Assembly (NCBI GenBank): GCA_964016885.1
Contig: OZ024743.1
Location: 173,104,001-173,168,000, forward strand
Direction of reading: 5' to 3'
Source of the DNA: Eledone cirrhosa
Taxonomy: Eukaryota
DNA: 64,000 nucleotides
The position numbers were made by a program, and so were the translations under genes. The notes beneath the pieces are model-generated. The model saw only the letters and a list, made by a program, of their open reading frames with translations, was not told the origin of the DNA and made no database searches. Positions 24,737 to 39,532 of this stretch are shown in pieces (the stretch's first letter is position 1; each line of letters begins with the position of its first letter).

Positions 24737-26333
24737 TGAGAGTCCCCCGTTCCATTATCTGGTGGGCCCTTAGAAAACTAGGTGTCGACGAATGGCTTGT
24801 GAGAGCTATACAAGCCATGTATAAAGAAACAGTCAGCAAGGTTAGAATTAACAACGAATATAGTGAAGAGTTTAGCGTAAAAGCTGGCGTCCATCAGGGC
24901 TCTGTTCTCAGCCCCCTACTATTTATTATTGCCCTTCAGGCTATAACAGAGGAGTTCAAGACCGGCTGCCCATGGGAACTCCTATACGCAGACGACCTAA
25001 CACTCATAGCTGAATCAATGGCCGAGCTAGAGAAGAAATTCCAAACATGGAAGCACGGCCTAGAATCAAAAGGCCTTAAAATTAACCTGGCTAAGACTAA
25101 AGTTCTAGTTTGTAGGAAAGAAAATAAGGCGGCAGTCCCTTCCGGGAAATGGCCATACTCAGTGTGTAGGAAAGGCGTAGGTAGAAACTCCATTTTATGT
25201 CCCAAATGCAAAGTATGGGTGCATAAAAGATGTAGTGGGATCACAGGTAAGCTAACTAAGAACATAGATTTTACATGTGGCCGGTGCTCTGGTGCAATAA
25301 GTAGCAGCAAGTGCCCACAAAATACTAGCTCTTACAACTGCGCAGAGGGCTCTATAGAAATAGTGGACAGCTTCTGTTACCTGGGTGACAAAATCAGCAG
25401 TGGGGGAGGGTGCTCTGAAAGTACAGTAGCTAGAGTCAGAACTGGATGGAAAAAGTTCAGAGAGCTTATACCACTATTAGCCGCTAATGGGTTCTCCCTA
25501 AAAATGAAAGGCAGGTTGTATGATGCCTGCATACGAACAGCAATGTTGCATGGCAGTGAGACCTGGGCATTGTGTGCAGAGGATATACGCAGACTAGAGA
25601 GGAACGAAGCTTGCATGCTCCGTTGGATGTGTAATAGTAATATACGTGAACGGCAAAGCATAAACGAACTAAGGAAAAAATTAGAAATAAGAGGGATCAG
25701 ATGTTGTTTACTCGAGAGAAGGCTACGTTGGTATGGACACGTGATGCACATGAAAGTCGATAGCTGTATAACAAAGTGCAGGGCAATAAAGATAGACGGT
25801 AGCCACGGAATAGGCAGACCTAGAAAAACCTGGGACGAGCTGATAAACTCCGACCTCACACACTTACACCTCTCCAAGACAATGTCACTGGACCGAGACC
25901 TTTGGTGGTACTCAGTAATAGAGAAGACCCGCCTTACCTAAATACATAGTAAAACATACTACAGTCAGTAGGCATCTCTAACAAAATACACCCCCGTCCC
26001 ACCACCCCCACCCCATCCACACCACCCCCTTCTATGTAAAGTTATGTTGGTGCCACACCATCCAGGCCGAAACAAATGAGATTGTGTAGGTGTCACGACA
26101 AAAAAACACACAGTCCATGCTGTAATGTGGCCGTGTAGGCAACACGGTAAAAACCTCCCAGACCCACACTGTAAATGTGGTTGGTGTTAGGAAGGGCATC
26201 CAGCTGTAGAAAACCTGCCAGACAGTCCTATGCGAGCAAGACAATCACTCTTGCCTCAAGTGGGAAAACCCCCGTCCAAACCCATGCAAGCGTGGAACAC
26301 GGACGTTAAACGTTGATGATGATGATGATGATG
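24737..26333 (+). mobile_element. 5'-truncated RTE LINE, young (uninterrupted 401-codon RT C-terminal frame), 3' UTR and (GAT)n tail
   Basis: ORF 24736..25941: GVHQGSVLSP, LYADD, PHD-like finger, FCYLG, LHGSETW, RLRWYGHV, GRPRKTW. Confidence 0.92.
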
Positions 26334-26512
26334 ACAGAGCATGTGTGAGATGAGAATAAGAGAAATTGAATAGAGTATGCAATACTCTGTATATTCTAGT
26401 AGGGGATCTATACTATAATAAAGGGAGGCGTGCATGCGAGTGTGTATGAGTATATACCCGGTATAAACATTTTGTGTATTAACACAGCGAGTATTGTTGT
26501 ATGTATAATAAT

Positions 26513-26616
26513 TGTTTCTAGTTTTGGCACAAGGCCAGCAATTACCCAGTACATTATTGGTACTTTATTTTATCGACCCCGTAAGGATGAAAGGCAAAGT
26601 TAACCTTGGCGGGATT
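26513..26616 (-). mobile_element. 5'-truncated SINE with 15-bp TSD
   Basis: TSD TGTATGTATAATAAT at 26498-26512 and 26617-26631. Confidence 0.9.
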
Positions 26617-26625
26617 TGTATGTAT

Positions 26626-27237
26626 AATAATGCTTTCTTTATTAACCACAAGGGTTTACACAAAGTAAGACATTAAGGACAGTACAGGACAATACAGGAT
26701 GATACAAATGGGCATTTCTACGTGTAAAAAAAACGAAAACAGAGGATGTAACAAAAAAAGAACAATGAAAAATTCCCCAATAGGGGGGAGACTTCCGAGG
26801 GCCATCGTGGAGAAAGCCCATTAAAAAAAGCCACGGTGACCCTGACCACCAGGGCAAGTGCCCTCTCCCAGTTTTCCACCTTCAATTTACAGGCACATAC
26901 TCAGAGTAGGCCCATTCACTCGGGCCATTCTTGCCTCTCTCACCCATCTTTCAACAAAATGCTGGGAAGAGAGCACTTCCCTCTCTACCCTGATTTTCCT
27001 TTTCAAATGAAATTTGAAAAAGTTAATCAGGGCATCACCGAAGAAGTAAGTGCTCATCTTCAGCCCTTTCAGATGCGTCCACCATACTATCTCTTTTGCC
27101 ATGGCCACCAGACAGATAAAAACTGCCTGCCCTTCCCGGTTAAAGGAAGAGGGCGGGGCAATCCTCACGATGGACTCAGCTGATAGTCGGATCTGTTCTA
27201 CACGCAACAGCAGGTGTTCGACATAAACCCACAAGTC
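26626..27237 (-). mobile_element. L1-Tx1 3' fragment (related subfamily)
   Basis: ORF 26887..27234 (QIRLSAESIVRI..VFICLVAMAKEIVWWT) is homologous to 4520-4800; ends ACCCTTGTGGTTAATAAAGAAAGCATTATT. Confidence 0.85.
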
Positions 27238-27664
27238 AGCAATGCTCGGACACTGGATGAGTGCGTGCAGGAATAATGAAAATTATTGCATTATAACTGT
27301 TGTTCTTTGATTTTATAAAATCGCTATCAACTAACATATATGTAGACATAGATAGAGTGACAATGTGACAGATATATATATATATACTAGAACTTTTGTT
27401 TTCATACACTTCAGCCGCGCATTGTGCTCCAACCACTGTTGTCATGACTACCTCATACTTATTGCTCTCTCAGCTTATCCCTCAGCTTATTGCTCTCTCC
27501 CTATATCTGATGTATGAAATAGCAGATGATCATACATTTATATGTATAAATATAATCACGCAAAACAGACACACTTACAGACATGCATTCAAACATTCTT
27601 AACTGGTAATAGGTATTTTTATCGCTATATCACATCGATTATATATCATTATATATATAAAGGT

Positions 27665-27845
27665 CGGTGGATTGGCAGTATCGGTAGAGGGTCGGACGCC
27701 ATGCTTTCCAGCATAGTTACGTCCCTTTACCATCTGAGTTCAAATCCCGCCGAGGTTGACTTTGCCTTTCATCCTTACGGGGTCGATAAAATAAAGTACC
27801 AGTAATGCACTGGTAATTGCTGGCCTTGTGCCTAAAGTAGAAACA
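27665..27845 (+). mobile_element. SINE subfamily A, full length, 17-bp TSD
   Basis: A and B boxes; TSD ATTATATATATAAAGGT at 27648-27664 and 27846-27862. Confidence 0.92.
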
Positions 27846-28049
27846 ATTATATATATAAAGGTTCATATATTTCCATCGTTCTTTCATAACGTTTATAATA
27901 ATCTGTCTCTCATTTATTTCAAACACATTTATTTCAAAGATTTCTTTTCTTTGTGACAGCTATATATATATTTTTTTTCGTTTTAACATATATTTATTTC
28001 TAAGATTTCACCATAGAAATAGCATATATTTATACATACATGACAGAAA

Positions 28050-31000
28050 GTGAACATGGGACGCAGAAAACATTTCTCATCTAAATCTCAACGCATGGCA
28101 GCAGACGCACAACGACAAAGAGAGACAAGGGCAATTCAATCAAACAATAATCGCACAACAAATTTCTACAAATGTAGTTCAGTTAACACACCAACAACGA
28201 CTTGCAACAAATACACCAAATGTTCAGAGAGGAAGGAACAGGTCAATTGAAGGTCTGGCAAAGAATCCTACAGATGAACCTTTCCAGAAGCAAAATGTTC
28301 TTTCCATAATGCCACAACATAATGCAGGGAGTCTCTTTGCCTCTGTTTGTCTGCACTGCAAAGCTTATTGCTGGCCACATGAACCCAAATCTCTGTGCTG
28401 CTTCCAAGGAAAAGTGAAATTTTAAACCAAATATACTGAAATATTTCAATATCACTCAAGCAGGAAATTCTTTTCTCCATAAGATACGTGCATATAACAA
28501 TGTGCTTGCCTTAGCTGCAATTGGTCGCAAAGAGATTAGAGACCCAGGATTTAGTCCCCTATTTAAGATCCAAGGTAAGGTTTATCATATTATTGGATCA
28601 CTACTTCCAAGTGATGCTTCACCCAAGTTTACGCAGCTTTACTTCTATGATACAGATCATGAGCTTCAGAATCGCTTGCATCATGCTAATTTAGATGCTG
28701 CTGTCCTGCAGGATCTACAAGAAGACTTGCACTACTGCAACACCTCTATAAGAAGCTTCAAGGCAGTCATTGAAATGCCAGTCTCTGAAAATGTGAATAT
28801 TGTCCTACATGCTGACAAAGTAAACCCCACTGATTTTCATTGTCGCACATATAATCTTCCCATGGCATCTGAGATTGCTGTTATTCAACCTGATACAGCA
28901 TTAGGTCTCTTGGATGTCATCATTCATAAAAGAGATGGTCGGCTACTGTTTCCTTGGGGGAATGATGGGTTTCAGGTTGGTTTGAAAAGGATTGACAACA
29001 ACCACACACTCAGACCCACTGATTTCTACTGTTATCGGTTTCAGGTTAGGCAAGGTGGCTGTAACATTATCATGAAGAGCAGGCGGCTGATGCAGCAATA
29101 TGCTGTAGTTGCCCAGGCAAAAATAGAACATTGTCGCCTCAAATGGGCCCACAACAATCAAACCATGATACAAGCTGAAAAGTATGAGGGTTTGTATGAT
29201 GCTGTGGCTGAAGGAGATTCAGTAAATGCAGGCCGGAGAATGGTTCTTCTTCCTTTAATCTATGGTTCCCCTCGCTTCTACAGTGAGTGTTTCCAGAATT
29301 CGATGACTGTGGTTCGACACATAGGAAAGCCACCTTATTTCATCACAGTAACACCTAACCCTAACTGGATGAAATAAGAAACAGTCGGCACCCTGATGAA
29401 GAACCTAGGGACATTCCCAATATTTGTGCAAGAATTTTCAAGATTAAGTATGACAGCCTCATGGATGACATACTGAAAAAAAATGTCTGAGGAAAAGTTG
29501 TGGCTCATTCTGCTACAATAGAGTGGCAGAAACGAGGCCTTACTCATGCTCATATTCAGCTGAAAATGGCAGAAGATAACAAGCCCAAAACTGCAGATTC
29601 CATTGATCAGGTAGTGTACTGTGAAATTCCTGATAAAGAGACCAATCCAGTTCTGCATAAGATCATCACATCCTACAACATTTAATTTATGACCCATGTG
29701 GACAAGCTAATATGATGTGCTCATGTATGGAAGGGCTAGGACAACAACACCATTGCTCAAAAAGTTATCCCAAGGCATTCAGACAAACCACATTTGTTGC
29801 CAAAAATTCCTTTCCAGAGTATAGAAGAAGAGATAGACAGCATGGTGGTCACACCCATACAATCCAACTTAGAGGTCAAGAATTTACTGTTGATAACTGT
29901 TGGATTGTTCCATACAACCATTTCCTCTCATTGAGATCTCAGCGCCACATCAATTGTGAGGTTGTACACAGTGTCAAGGCTGTTAAGTATTTATATAAGT
30001 ACATTACAAAAGGATCAGACAAGATCACTTTCACTATTAAGGATGATCAAGGAAATTGTGTCCATGCCCAAAATGCGATTGAGACCTATATCAATGCACG
30101 GTACATATCAGCCGGTGAAGCATTCTGTAGAATCTATAAATTTCCGTTACATCATCGGAAACCGCCAGTTGAAAAGTTGCCTTGCCATTTACCTGGGGAA
30201 CAAATGGTCGTGTATGAGCGAGGGCAGGAACAAAGTGTTGTTTCAAGGGGACAGCCAATGACTAACTTGATAGAATATTTTCAACTGAATATTAGAGACC
30301 CACTGGCATAAAACATATTGTATATTGATATTCCTAAATATTTCACTTGGACAAACAAAAAGTGGCAAAGAAGAAAAAAGGTACATCTGGATTGTGATCA
30401 ACAATTTATGAGTGAATCTCTTGGACGCATTCCAACAGTATTTCTCAGTAGACATCAATCAGGATAATCCTACATCACAAGGCTGGGTCAACTTCATACA
30501 AAGATTTGAGGACAATTGAAGAAATTGAATTTCCAACATTCCAAGAAGCATGCAGGAAACTTGGTCTGTTAGATGAAGATGGAGAGAAAGAAAGACAAAG
30601 CTATGGAAGAGGCCTCATCCATTGCGCTTGGTCCTCAGCTACGAGAGATCTTCTGCACCATTTTATTGTACTGCATGCCAAATGACCCTCTGCAGTTCTG
30701 GGAGAAATGGAAGAATTGTCTTGCAGAGGATATCAAGCATGAACGTCATGAGCAAGTCATGTCCAAGCAAACTGTGCAGATTGTTCTACAGAAGATCCAA
30801 CAAAGACTTTAGCATGATGGCTTGGACATTCATGTCAACTATGGACTTCCTCGGCCAGACCCAACTATTGTTGCCATACCAGAAATCAATAGGGTTCTTA
30901 TGGCAGAAGCTGATTTCAATACCTGCCTAGTGCAAGCAAACATAAATGAACTTCTGCCAACATTGAATCCTGAGCAACTGGTTATATTTCACAAAGTAAT

Positions 31001-32280
31001 CACCTCTGTAAATGAAAATGAAGGTAGAACTTTCAGCTTGAATGCAAGTACAGGCACAGGAAAGACCTATGTCATAAACATCCTATTAGATTACCTCCAA
31101 TCTAAAAAAGAAAAATTGCACTTGCCACTGCCATATCTGGAATAGCAGCCACTTTACAATGGTAGAACTCTTCATTCCAAGTGGAAGATTCCTCTCAATG
31201 TGACTGCTGAATCAACTTGCTTCTTCACAAAGAGGGATGCCACAGGTAAACTTATGCAGCAAGATGACCTGCTAATCATTGATGAGATAGGTATGGGACA
31301 TAAGCATATCTTTGAATGCCTTGACAGGAGCTTCAAAGATGTTCGAGACTGCAAAAAGCCATTTGGTAATCTAACAGTACTACTATCTGGTGACTGGAAG
31401 CAAATTCTTCCAGTTGTACATCATGGTGCTAGACCACAAATAGTTGAGGCAACCATCAAGAGATCTTATCTCTGGGTATGTGGAAACCATGGAGATGACA
31501 ACCAATCAACGGTTACTTAATGCAGAGGATTCTGATGAAAGACAGTTTGCAAACTACCTTCTTGATGTGGGAAATGGTAACATTCCAACTGTACTGACTT
31601 TAGGTGCATTCACAATTCCTCTGCCAAATGAACTTTGTCTGGAATATGGTAATGTGTCTGGACTGTGTGATTTTGTGTATACAAATCTTCCAGGAAATTA
31701 CACAAACCCACTATGGCTTGTAAATAGAGCCATTATCATTCCAACAAATGATGCAGCAAGATTGGTGAAGTTCCCTGGTCATGAAATAATCTACAGAAGC
31801 TCCAACGGCAATATTCAATTGAGTTCTTCAACAAACTTACCCCACAGGATTCCCAACACACATACTTAAACTGAAGAAAGGCTGTTGCATCATGCTTCTG
31901 AAAAATCTGGATCCTCTAAATGGGCATTGCAATGGTGCATGCTACATCATTACCAGTTTACATAATCATGTAATTGAAGGTGAAGTGGCATTGGGTCCCA
32001 ATGCTGGAACCAGGTTGCTAATCCCAAGGATACCTCATGTATCTCGAGCTTGAGTTCACTTTCACCTTTACTCGCAAGCAATTTCCTGTCAATCCAGCCT
32101 TTGCCCTTACATGCAACAAGGCACAAGGGCAGGCATTTGAAAAGATAGAATTCTTCTCACATGGTCAGATGTATGTTGCATTATCAAGAGTTACAAACAA
32201 AGAAAATATTAAAATATTAAATGAAAGGGTCTGTTTGCTGACAACTGTGTCTACAAAGGAATTCTACAGTGATATGAAAC
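28050..32280 (+). pseudogene. Helitron Rep (HUH-Y2) / PIF1 helicase
   Basis: [74 protein letters not shown]; many stops and frameshifts. Confidence 0.92.
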
Positions 32281-33236
32281 AGCTATCACTTTCTTTTAGT
32301 TGAAATGCATTTCAGTTTCTTTTTAATTACTACAAAAGGGACACTACAAAAACTTAAGAAGATGACGATATGTGAATACAGTAAAACAACAATATAGCAA
32401 AGGTCAACTCTTCATATTGGTAAATGTAATTCATTCATTTCCACAAGCAGCATCTATTTTCAAATTCACTGCTTCAAGCTTCCCATCGACATTCTCAAGT
32501 GAAGATTCATGAACATTTTCTGTCAACAGATTCATCGCTTTTCCATCTTCGTTATCACCTTTTTTAAATGTATCATGGATTACTTTACTGATTAACAGAA
32601 GTAAGTGTAACACAGTCTTTGTTCAGTTTATGTGCATATTGTCAATTTACTTTTCAATTTACGTATCATATCTATATGCTTATATATTTGTGTATATCAA
32701 TATGCACACTATATATGCCAGCAGTAAACTACCCGAAGGGCTGTTTTCTGCTAGTTGTAATAATTACCGTTATCTAAGTGTATCGTAAAAAAATTTATAA
32801 TTCTACATCAACCAATCATAATTGAATAAAGTAATAAAACATTAATCTTTATGCAGTACATATTTCCATAAAACACTGAACTAAGTAAACTACTCATATT
32901 TTGAGCTGACCGTGTGTCCTCACTTTCTCTCTGTATATATATATTTGATTGAAATTTCTATAAATTGTTTACAATTATTGAAATATATACGGAATTAACT
33001 CCTAATAGTATTATAACATAGGGTTTATTTTTTCTATACACTTTTACTTTTATTGCATTTTTTTTAAATTTTACATTTTTACTTTTTACCATTATATTCA
33101 CAAAAAAGTTGAAATATTATAACATATTCATGTAAAGGTCACCCCTGGGAAGGTGTAATAGAAAAACTATGGAAAATCAGATTTTCACTTTTTACCTACA
33201 AATGCAGATATCAAAGATATATAGAGTAGAAATAAT

Positions 33237-33423
33237 TGTTTCTACTTTAGGCACAAGGCCAGCAATCACCCAGTGCATTACTGGTACTTTATTTTATCGA
33301 CCCCGTAAGGATGAAAGGCAAAGTCAACCTCGGCGGGATTTGAACTCAGATCGTAAAGGGACGTAACTATGCTGGAAAGCATGGCGTCCGACCCTCTACC
33401 GATACTACCAATCCACCGCCCTT
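33237..33423 (-). mobile_element. SINE subfamily A, full length, 13-bp TSD
   Basis: TSD GAGTAGAAATAAT at 33224-33236 and 33424-33436. Confidence 0.92.
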
Positions 33424-33539
33424 GAGTAGAAATAATGCAGACACCAAAGGGTTAAAATATTTGGTTTTAAGAATTATTGCTCGTATCTAGGAAGTGCATC
33501 ATCCAACCAGTGTACCAATGCCAAAACGATTATAAGCAC

Positions 33540-36500
33540 AGAAACAAATAGAGAGGAACAACAAAAATGAAGACGTCGCATCTCAAAGGTGCAACACTTA
33601 ATGTTGGCACTCTCAGAGGTAGATCTGCTGAAATAGCGGAGATGCTGGAGAGAAGGCATGTGGATGTGTGCTGTGTGCAAGAGGTGAGATGGAGAGGTGC
33701 CTCTGCGAGACTAGTCACAGGCAAACATCTTAGCTATAAGCTTTTCTGGGTAGGTAAGGATGATGGGTTAGGGGGGAGTAGGCATTTTCCTGGCTGAGAG
33801 ATGGATCAATAAGACAATAGAGGTAGTTCGAGTTAGTAATTGAATAATTAAACTTAGATTAGTTGTAGGCAGGAGACTACTGACAATCATCTCTGCCTAT
33901 GCTCCCCAAGAAGGCCTAGGCAAAGAAGAGAAAGACTGCTTTTACGAGCAACTTTTACAAACAACCGCAATGACAGAGAACGGAGACATCGTTATGCTAG
34001 CAGGGGACTTCAATGGTCATGTTGGACAGCTCCAGGACGGTTACACTGGGGTACATGGTGGGCATGGTTACGGCTCAAGAAATGAAGAAGGAGTGAGACT
34101 TCTTGTATTTTGTGATGCAAGTACACTGACTATTTGCAGCACTAACTTCCAGAAACCTGCCAACCACCTAATAACCTACAAATCAGGTGAGCACATAAGC
34201 CAGATTGACTTCTTACTAGTTAGGCAGCAGGACAGGCAGATGGTGTCAAATACCAAGGCATACCCTGGGGAAGAATGTACCCCACAGCATAGGTTAGTCG
34301 TTAGTGATATCTCAGTAAGCAAGAGATGGAATGAGACATACAGGAAGGTGTGGAGAAGAAAGGTCTGGAAGCTAAAAGACCTTTCACTAAAATACAAATT
34401 TAGGAAAGCCCTTCAAGATGTGTATGACGAAAAAAGAAGACGATTTAGAGACGTATGACATAGATAATAACTGGAATTTCTTACGTGACAACTTACTGCA
34501 GGCTACTGATGAAACTTGTGGTTGGAGCAGAGCTCCAACCAGACAGAGAGTGACCTGGTGGTGGAACAGCACAGTAGATAAGGCTATTAGAGACAAAAGA
34601 TTAGCATGCAAGGCTTGGAAAAAGGGTGGGAGTAGAGTAGGATATACAGCCGCTAAGAGAGAAGCTAGATGTCAGGTGTACTTAGCACACAGGGAGGCTG
34701 AGAGTAGGAGGTTTGCCAATGTTCTGCGACGGGAAGATCAGAGGTGTGCGGTGTTCCACATTGCAAGGCAGTGTGTCAATGCAGATCAGGATGTTGTTGG
34801 AGATAAATGTGTCCGGAATGATGCCGGTGTACTTAGTGTCACGAATGATCAGAAAAAGGAGGCCTGAAAATGTCATTATGAGAGACTGATGAATTTGGAG
34901 AACGAATGGGAGAGAGAGAAATTACCCTCAGTAGATTGGGACCGGCTATTGAGATTGATGAATATAGGGTCCAAGAGGCGATTAAGGAAATGAAAAATGG
35001 CTGCTGGACCATTGGGGATAGTTGCTGAGATGCTGAAAGCATCAGGGGACGTAGTCACTAAACTGGTTGCACGCATCATCAATCAATATGGTGGTGTCAT
35101 ACCCAAAGACTGGTGCAGCAGTATTCTCATTAATTGCTACAAAGATAAAGGGGATGCTCTGGAGAAGAGCAATTATAGGGGTATAAAACTGATGGATCAG
35201 GTTATGAAAGTGGGAGAAAGGATATTAGCACAACTAATTAGAGAAAGGGTCAAACTAGATGAGAATCAGTTTGGTTTTGTGCCTGGGAAAGGTACAACAG
35301 ATGCCCACTTCTTGGTGAGACAGTTACAAGAGAGGTTCTTAGAGAAGAATAAGCCACTATACTTAGCCTTTATTGACCTAGAGAAGGCCTTTGATAGGGT
35401 ACCCCGATCTGTCATCTGGTGGTCCCTAAGGAAACTAGGTGTTGAGGAATGGCTCGTGAGGACAGTGCAACCTTTGTACAGAGGTACTGTCAGTAAAGTC
35501 AGGGTAGGAATGGAGTTTAGTGAGGAATTCCAGTACATCAAGGTTTGGTCCTCAGCCTGCTCTTGTTCATTATAGTCCTCCAAGCCATAACAGAGGAGTT
35601 TAAGACTGGCTGCCCATGGGAACTTCTCTATGCTGACGATCTGGTTCTTATAGCAGAATCAGTAGAGGAGCTAGAGAATAAATTCTGGCTATGGAAACAG
35701 CAGTTGGAAGCAAGAGGACTGAGAGTGAACCTAGCTAAGACAAAAGTGTTGGTGAGTAGAAAAGAGGACAAAACTCTGATTCCGTCAGGGAAATGGTCAT
35801 GTTCGGTATGCAGAAAAGGAACTGGCATAAATTCTATAAAATGCACACAATGCAGATCCTGGGTACACAAGAGATATAATGGGATAGCAGGCAAACTAAC
35901 AGGTAGGGAGAAATACGTATGCAGTAGATGTACAGGGAAATTAGACAGTAGAAGTCGCATTGATAGACACATTTTTCAAATGCAGGCGGGTGCTATAGAA
36001 GTGGTGGATAGCTTCCGGTACCTAGGAGATCAGATTAGCATGGGAGGGGGGGGGGGTTTCCGAGGCCATAGTATCTAGAATAAGGATGGGTTGGAAGAAG
36101 TTTAGGGAGCTGCTTCCTCTGCTGACGAAGAAGGGTTTCTCCCTGCGTACAAAAGGCCGGTTATATGATGCCTGTGTGAGGAGCACGATGCTGCATGGTA
36201 GTGAGACATGGGCAGCAACTGCAGAGGATATGCGACGGCTGGAGAGAAATGAGGTAAGCATGCTCCGTTGGATGTGCAGTGTCAATGTGCGTGAACGACC
36301 CAGCATGAATGTGTTGAGAGAGAAACTGTGTCTGAGAGGGATAGAATGTAATGTGCGAGAGAGGAGACTGAGGTGGTATGGACATGTGATGCGCATGGAT
36401 GATGACCGATGGGTCATGACCAAGTGCCAGGAAATGCCAGTTGAAGGAAGACGTGGTAGAGGTAGACCACGAAAAACATGGGCAGAGTTGATGAGAACAG

Positions 36501-36637
36501 ACCTCAGATCGCTGAAGCTCACGGTGGAGATGACGAAGGACCGTGACAAGTGGAGAAATGCTGTGCTGAATAAGACCCGTCCCACCCTTGCAAGCAGGGA
36601 AAAGCGGACGTAAATTGATGATGATGATGATGATGAT
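33540..36637 (+). mobile_element. Near full-length RTE LINE (APE + RT with PHD-like finger), frameshifted
   Basis: TLNVGTL, CVQE, AYAPQ, GDFNGHVG, QIDF, QHRLV, DLEKAFDRV, LYADD, RLRWYGHV; (GAT)n tail. Confidence 0.92.
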
Positions 36638-36964
36638 CTAAGCCATTTCTTGAAGAAAAAAGTCAAAGGAGATAATGTTCCAAATTTTGTTTTTGGATAT
36701 TACTTGCATAACAAATGATAATATAAGGTTATGAGGATGAATATTAATATTTGTCTGGTTTAATTTATATCAACCATTCAACCATCATGGTTAAACAGTA
36801 ACTAAAATATTATTTGTAAAATATATAATAGTAGTATATTTATCCGAGTAATCCTAGTAATGTATTAGTAATTATATATTGAAAAATTGTATATGTTCAT
36901 TTTTCCCAATGTGGGGTATTTTTAATTAAGTTTTATCCTTGAATATCAGGAATATTACCCCTAC

Positions 36965-39532
36965 CAAGATGGAAAATACAAAGCATAAATCTGGATCACT
37001 GAAATGCAAAGTGTGAGAAGAAGCAGAAAAGCAGGAGTCAGCCAAACGGTGCAGGTCTATTACAGATTTTATAATACCGCAACCACCATCCACATCAATG
37101 TCCAGTTCTGCAACAAATAATCGAGAAACAAGAAAACAAGACCCATGGTGATGATGCAGTGACATGTGAGTTGCAAGATCAGGGAAGAGTTACTTTGGAT
37201 GTAAAGACAAATACAAGTACATCCTTTTTTTAATCAACCCAGGCCCAGTACTATTTCTGACTTCATTGTTTCGGTATCTGTATAGCCTGTAGTTGCAACA
37301 TCTGAGTACATAGCTTTAACTAGTGACGGGCAATCAGATATTACTTCAGACATAAATGACTTGGTTTCTGAAGCACATTCTGTAAATGAACCTTTACAAG
37401 AAAATGAAAGATCAGCTACTGGAATTTTCCAATATCCATCATGATCAAATCTGAAACAGTTTTTTTGCTGAAGATCCATGTCAGCCACTTGATGGCCTAC
37501 TGTTTGGTGCTCGTTGTATGAGAGGAAAATTATGAATGACTCAGTACCAAGAAAATGGCTAACATATCAGAAAGAAAATATATGCTTATATTCTTCATAC
37601 TTAGCCTTTGAGTCTTCCAACACTTGTAATCTATTACCCTTTGTATGTGGCTTTAATGATTACAGGCGTGTTAACCAGAGCTTGGCTTTACATGAATCTA
37701 CAACAACACATGACAAATGCTCAATATATCAGTTTAGTTAATGATGGCACCTTAGATAATTGTTTTGCAGCATCACTAATTAAAAGGAAAGAAGTATTGA
37801 AGCAGAGAAGTATTGTCATAAGGATTATAGACATCATAAACATGTTAAGCAAGCACTTCCTTTTCGAGGTCACAGAAATGAGTCAGCCTACACACTGGAT
37901 AATGAGGTTCTGAATCATGGCAATTTTTTAGCTACAGTACAGTTGATGGCAAAATATGACACCATTATGGCAGCTCACGTTTCTGCAGTGCAAAACAAGT
38001 CTGGACAAAAAATCAAATGATTAGAACAACAAGGGAAGGCTCAAAGTAGAGGCTGTGGTGAATTTGTTACATACCTAAGCAAAACAACTATTAACGTGTT
38101 AATCAAAATTCTGAAGAATACGATACAACAAAGAATTGGTCTTGAAGTTTCTCAAGCAATATATTATTCTATTCAGGTTGATTCAACACAAGATAATTCA
38201 TCCATCGATCAGTTTAGCATTGTTATTCGGTATGTGCTTAAAGGTGTTATCTGTGAGCGACTACTTTCAGTTGTGCCAAGTAATGATTGTACAGAACAGG
38301 GACTTTGTGATCTGTTGACTGGAACGCTACAGCATTTTAAAATTGACCCCCAAAAATGTTTATCTGATAGCACAGATGGCACTGCAAGCTACCATGGGCA
38401 GTATAATGGTTTACAAAGTAAAATCGCTGACGTGGCAGATCAACATGTTCATATATGGTGTTATGCCCATGTTTTGAATATGGTGCTAACCGAAACAACA
38501 AAATGTTGTGTACCTGCAGTTTCTTTTTTCAATTTGCTCCAGAATTTAGCAACTTTTGTAAAGAGAATGGCTGTATAGATAGAAGTTGTTGGCAAACATC
38601 TAGGACAAGAAAAAATGAAACAATTAAAACTAATTTGTGAAACCAGATAGTCAGGAAAATCCAATGCAGCAAAAACTATATTTGGACGTTTTGATGATGC
38701 CACTGTCAGTATTCTATTGACATGCTTATCAATGATGCAAAAACAAAAAAGGAAGCAAATATTTTACTTCAAAGTTTTTTAAAGTTTGAAACCATATTGA
38801 CAGCATTTACTTATTTGTGTATATTTGAAACCACAGCCCCATTATCAAGTTATCTACAAACAAGTGGTTTAGATATGTTTACTGTATGGAGTTTGGTAGA
38901 TTCAGCTACAACAAAGTTGAAGTCACAGACAAGAATATTTGATAACGTTCACAGCAAGGCTTTAGAATTTGTAAATAAATGTAATGACAAGATTGCACAG
39001 ATGAATATGGATGAAAATCAAATACTGGAAATTGATACTTTGGAAACAGCATTGCCAGTTAAAAGACAGAGGAAGAAGAAGAGAATGGCAGATGAGCTTG
39101 TTAATGATGAAGGAAATTCCTCAGATTCTCTAACTCATTTTCACACTTTGTACAACATAAATAGTTGTATAAAGAGTTATCCTCAACAAAGATCAAGTAA
39201 AATTAGAATTGTATTTATTATATGGTGAGAATATGGGTTCCAGTTACAACTGTTAAATTTGCACCACTTGCTAAAGGTTATAGCATCCAACAAACTTCAT
39301 GACAAGGCATATGATAATCTTTATGAACTTTATAAAGTTATCTGCACACTACCAGTTATCCAAGTCCAATGTGAGAGGACATTTTCAAAACTAAAGATCA
39401 TAAAGACAAGGTTAAGAAATTCGCTGTCTGGGGAGAACTTGGAATCCTACATGTTGCTATCCATTGAAAATGAATTGCTAGATAAATTGGATGCAGAAGC
39501 AATTATTGACACATTTGCACAATCATCTAGTG
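36965..39532 (+). pseudogene. hAT transposase relic (ZMYM1/Tip100-like: TTF finger, DUF4371-like, dimerization domain); last codons continue at 46307
   Basis: RKWLTY, YYSIQVDSTQD, IRYV..ERLL, WCYAHVLN, CERTFSKLKIIKTRLRNSL. Confidence 0.85.

Larger units (their letters stand above)
26407..32754 (+). mobile_element. Full-length, decayed autonomous-type Helitron
   Basis: A|TC at 26407; CCC-GAA-GGG hairpin and CTAG|T at 32751-32754; encloses a Rep/Hel pseudogene. Confidence 0.85.

Noticed and set aside
27665-27755. tRNA gene (A and B boxes)
   Set aside because: Head of a multi-copy SINE with extended A-B spacing, a core domain and TSDs; no cloverleaf.
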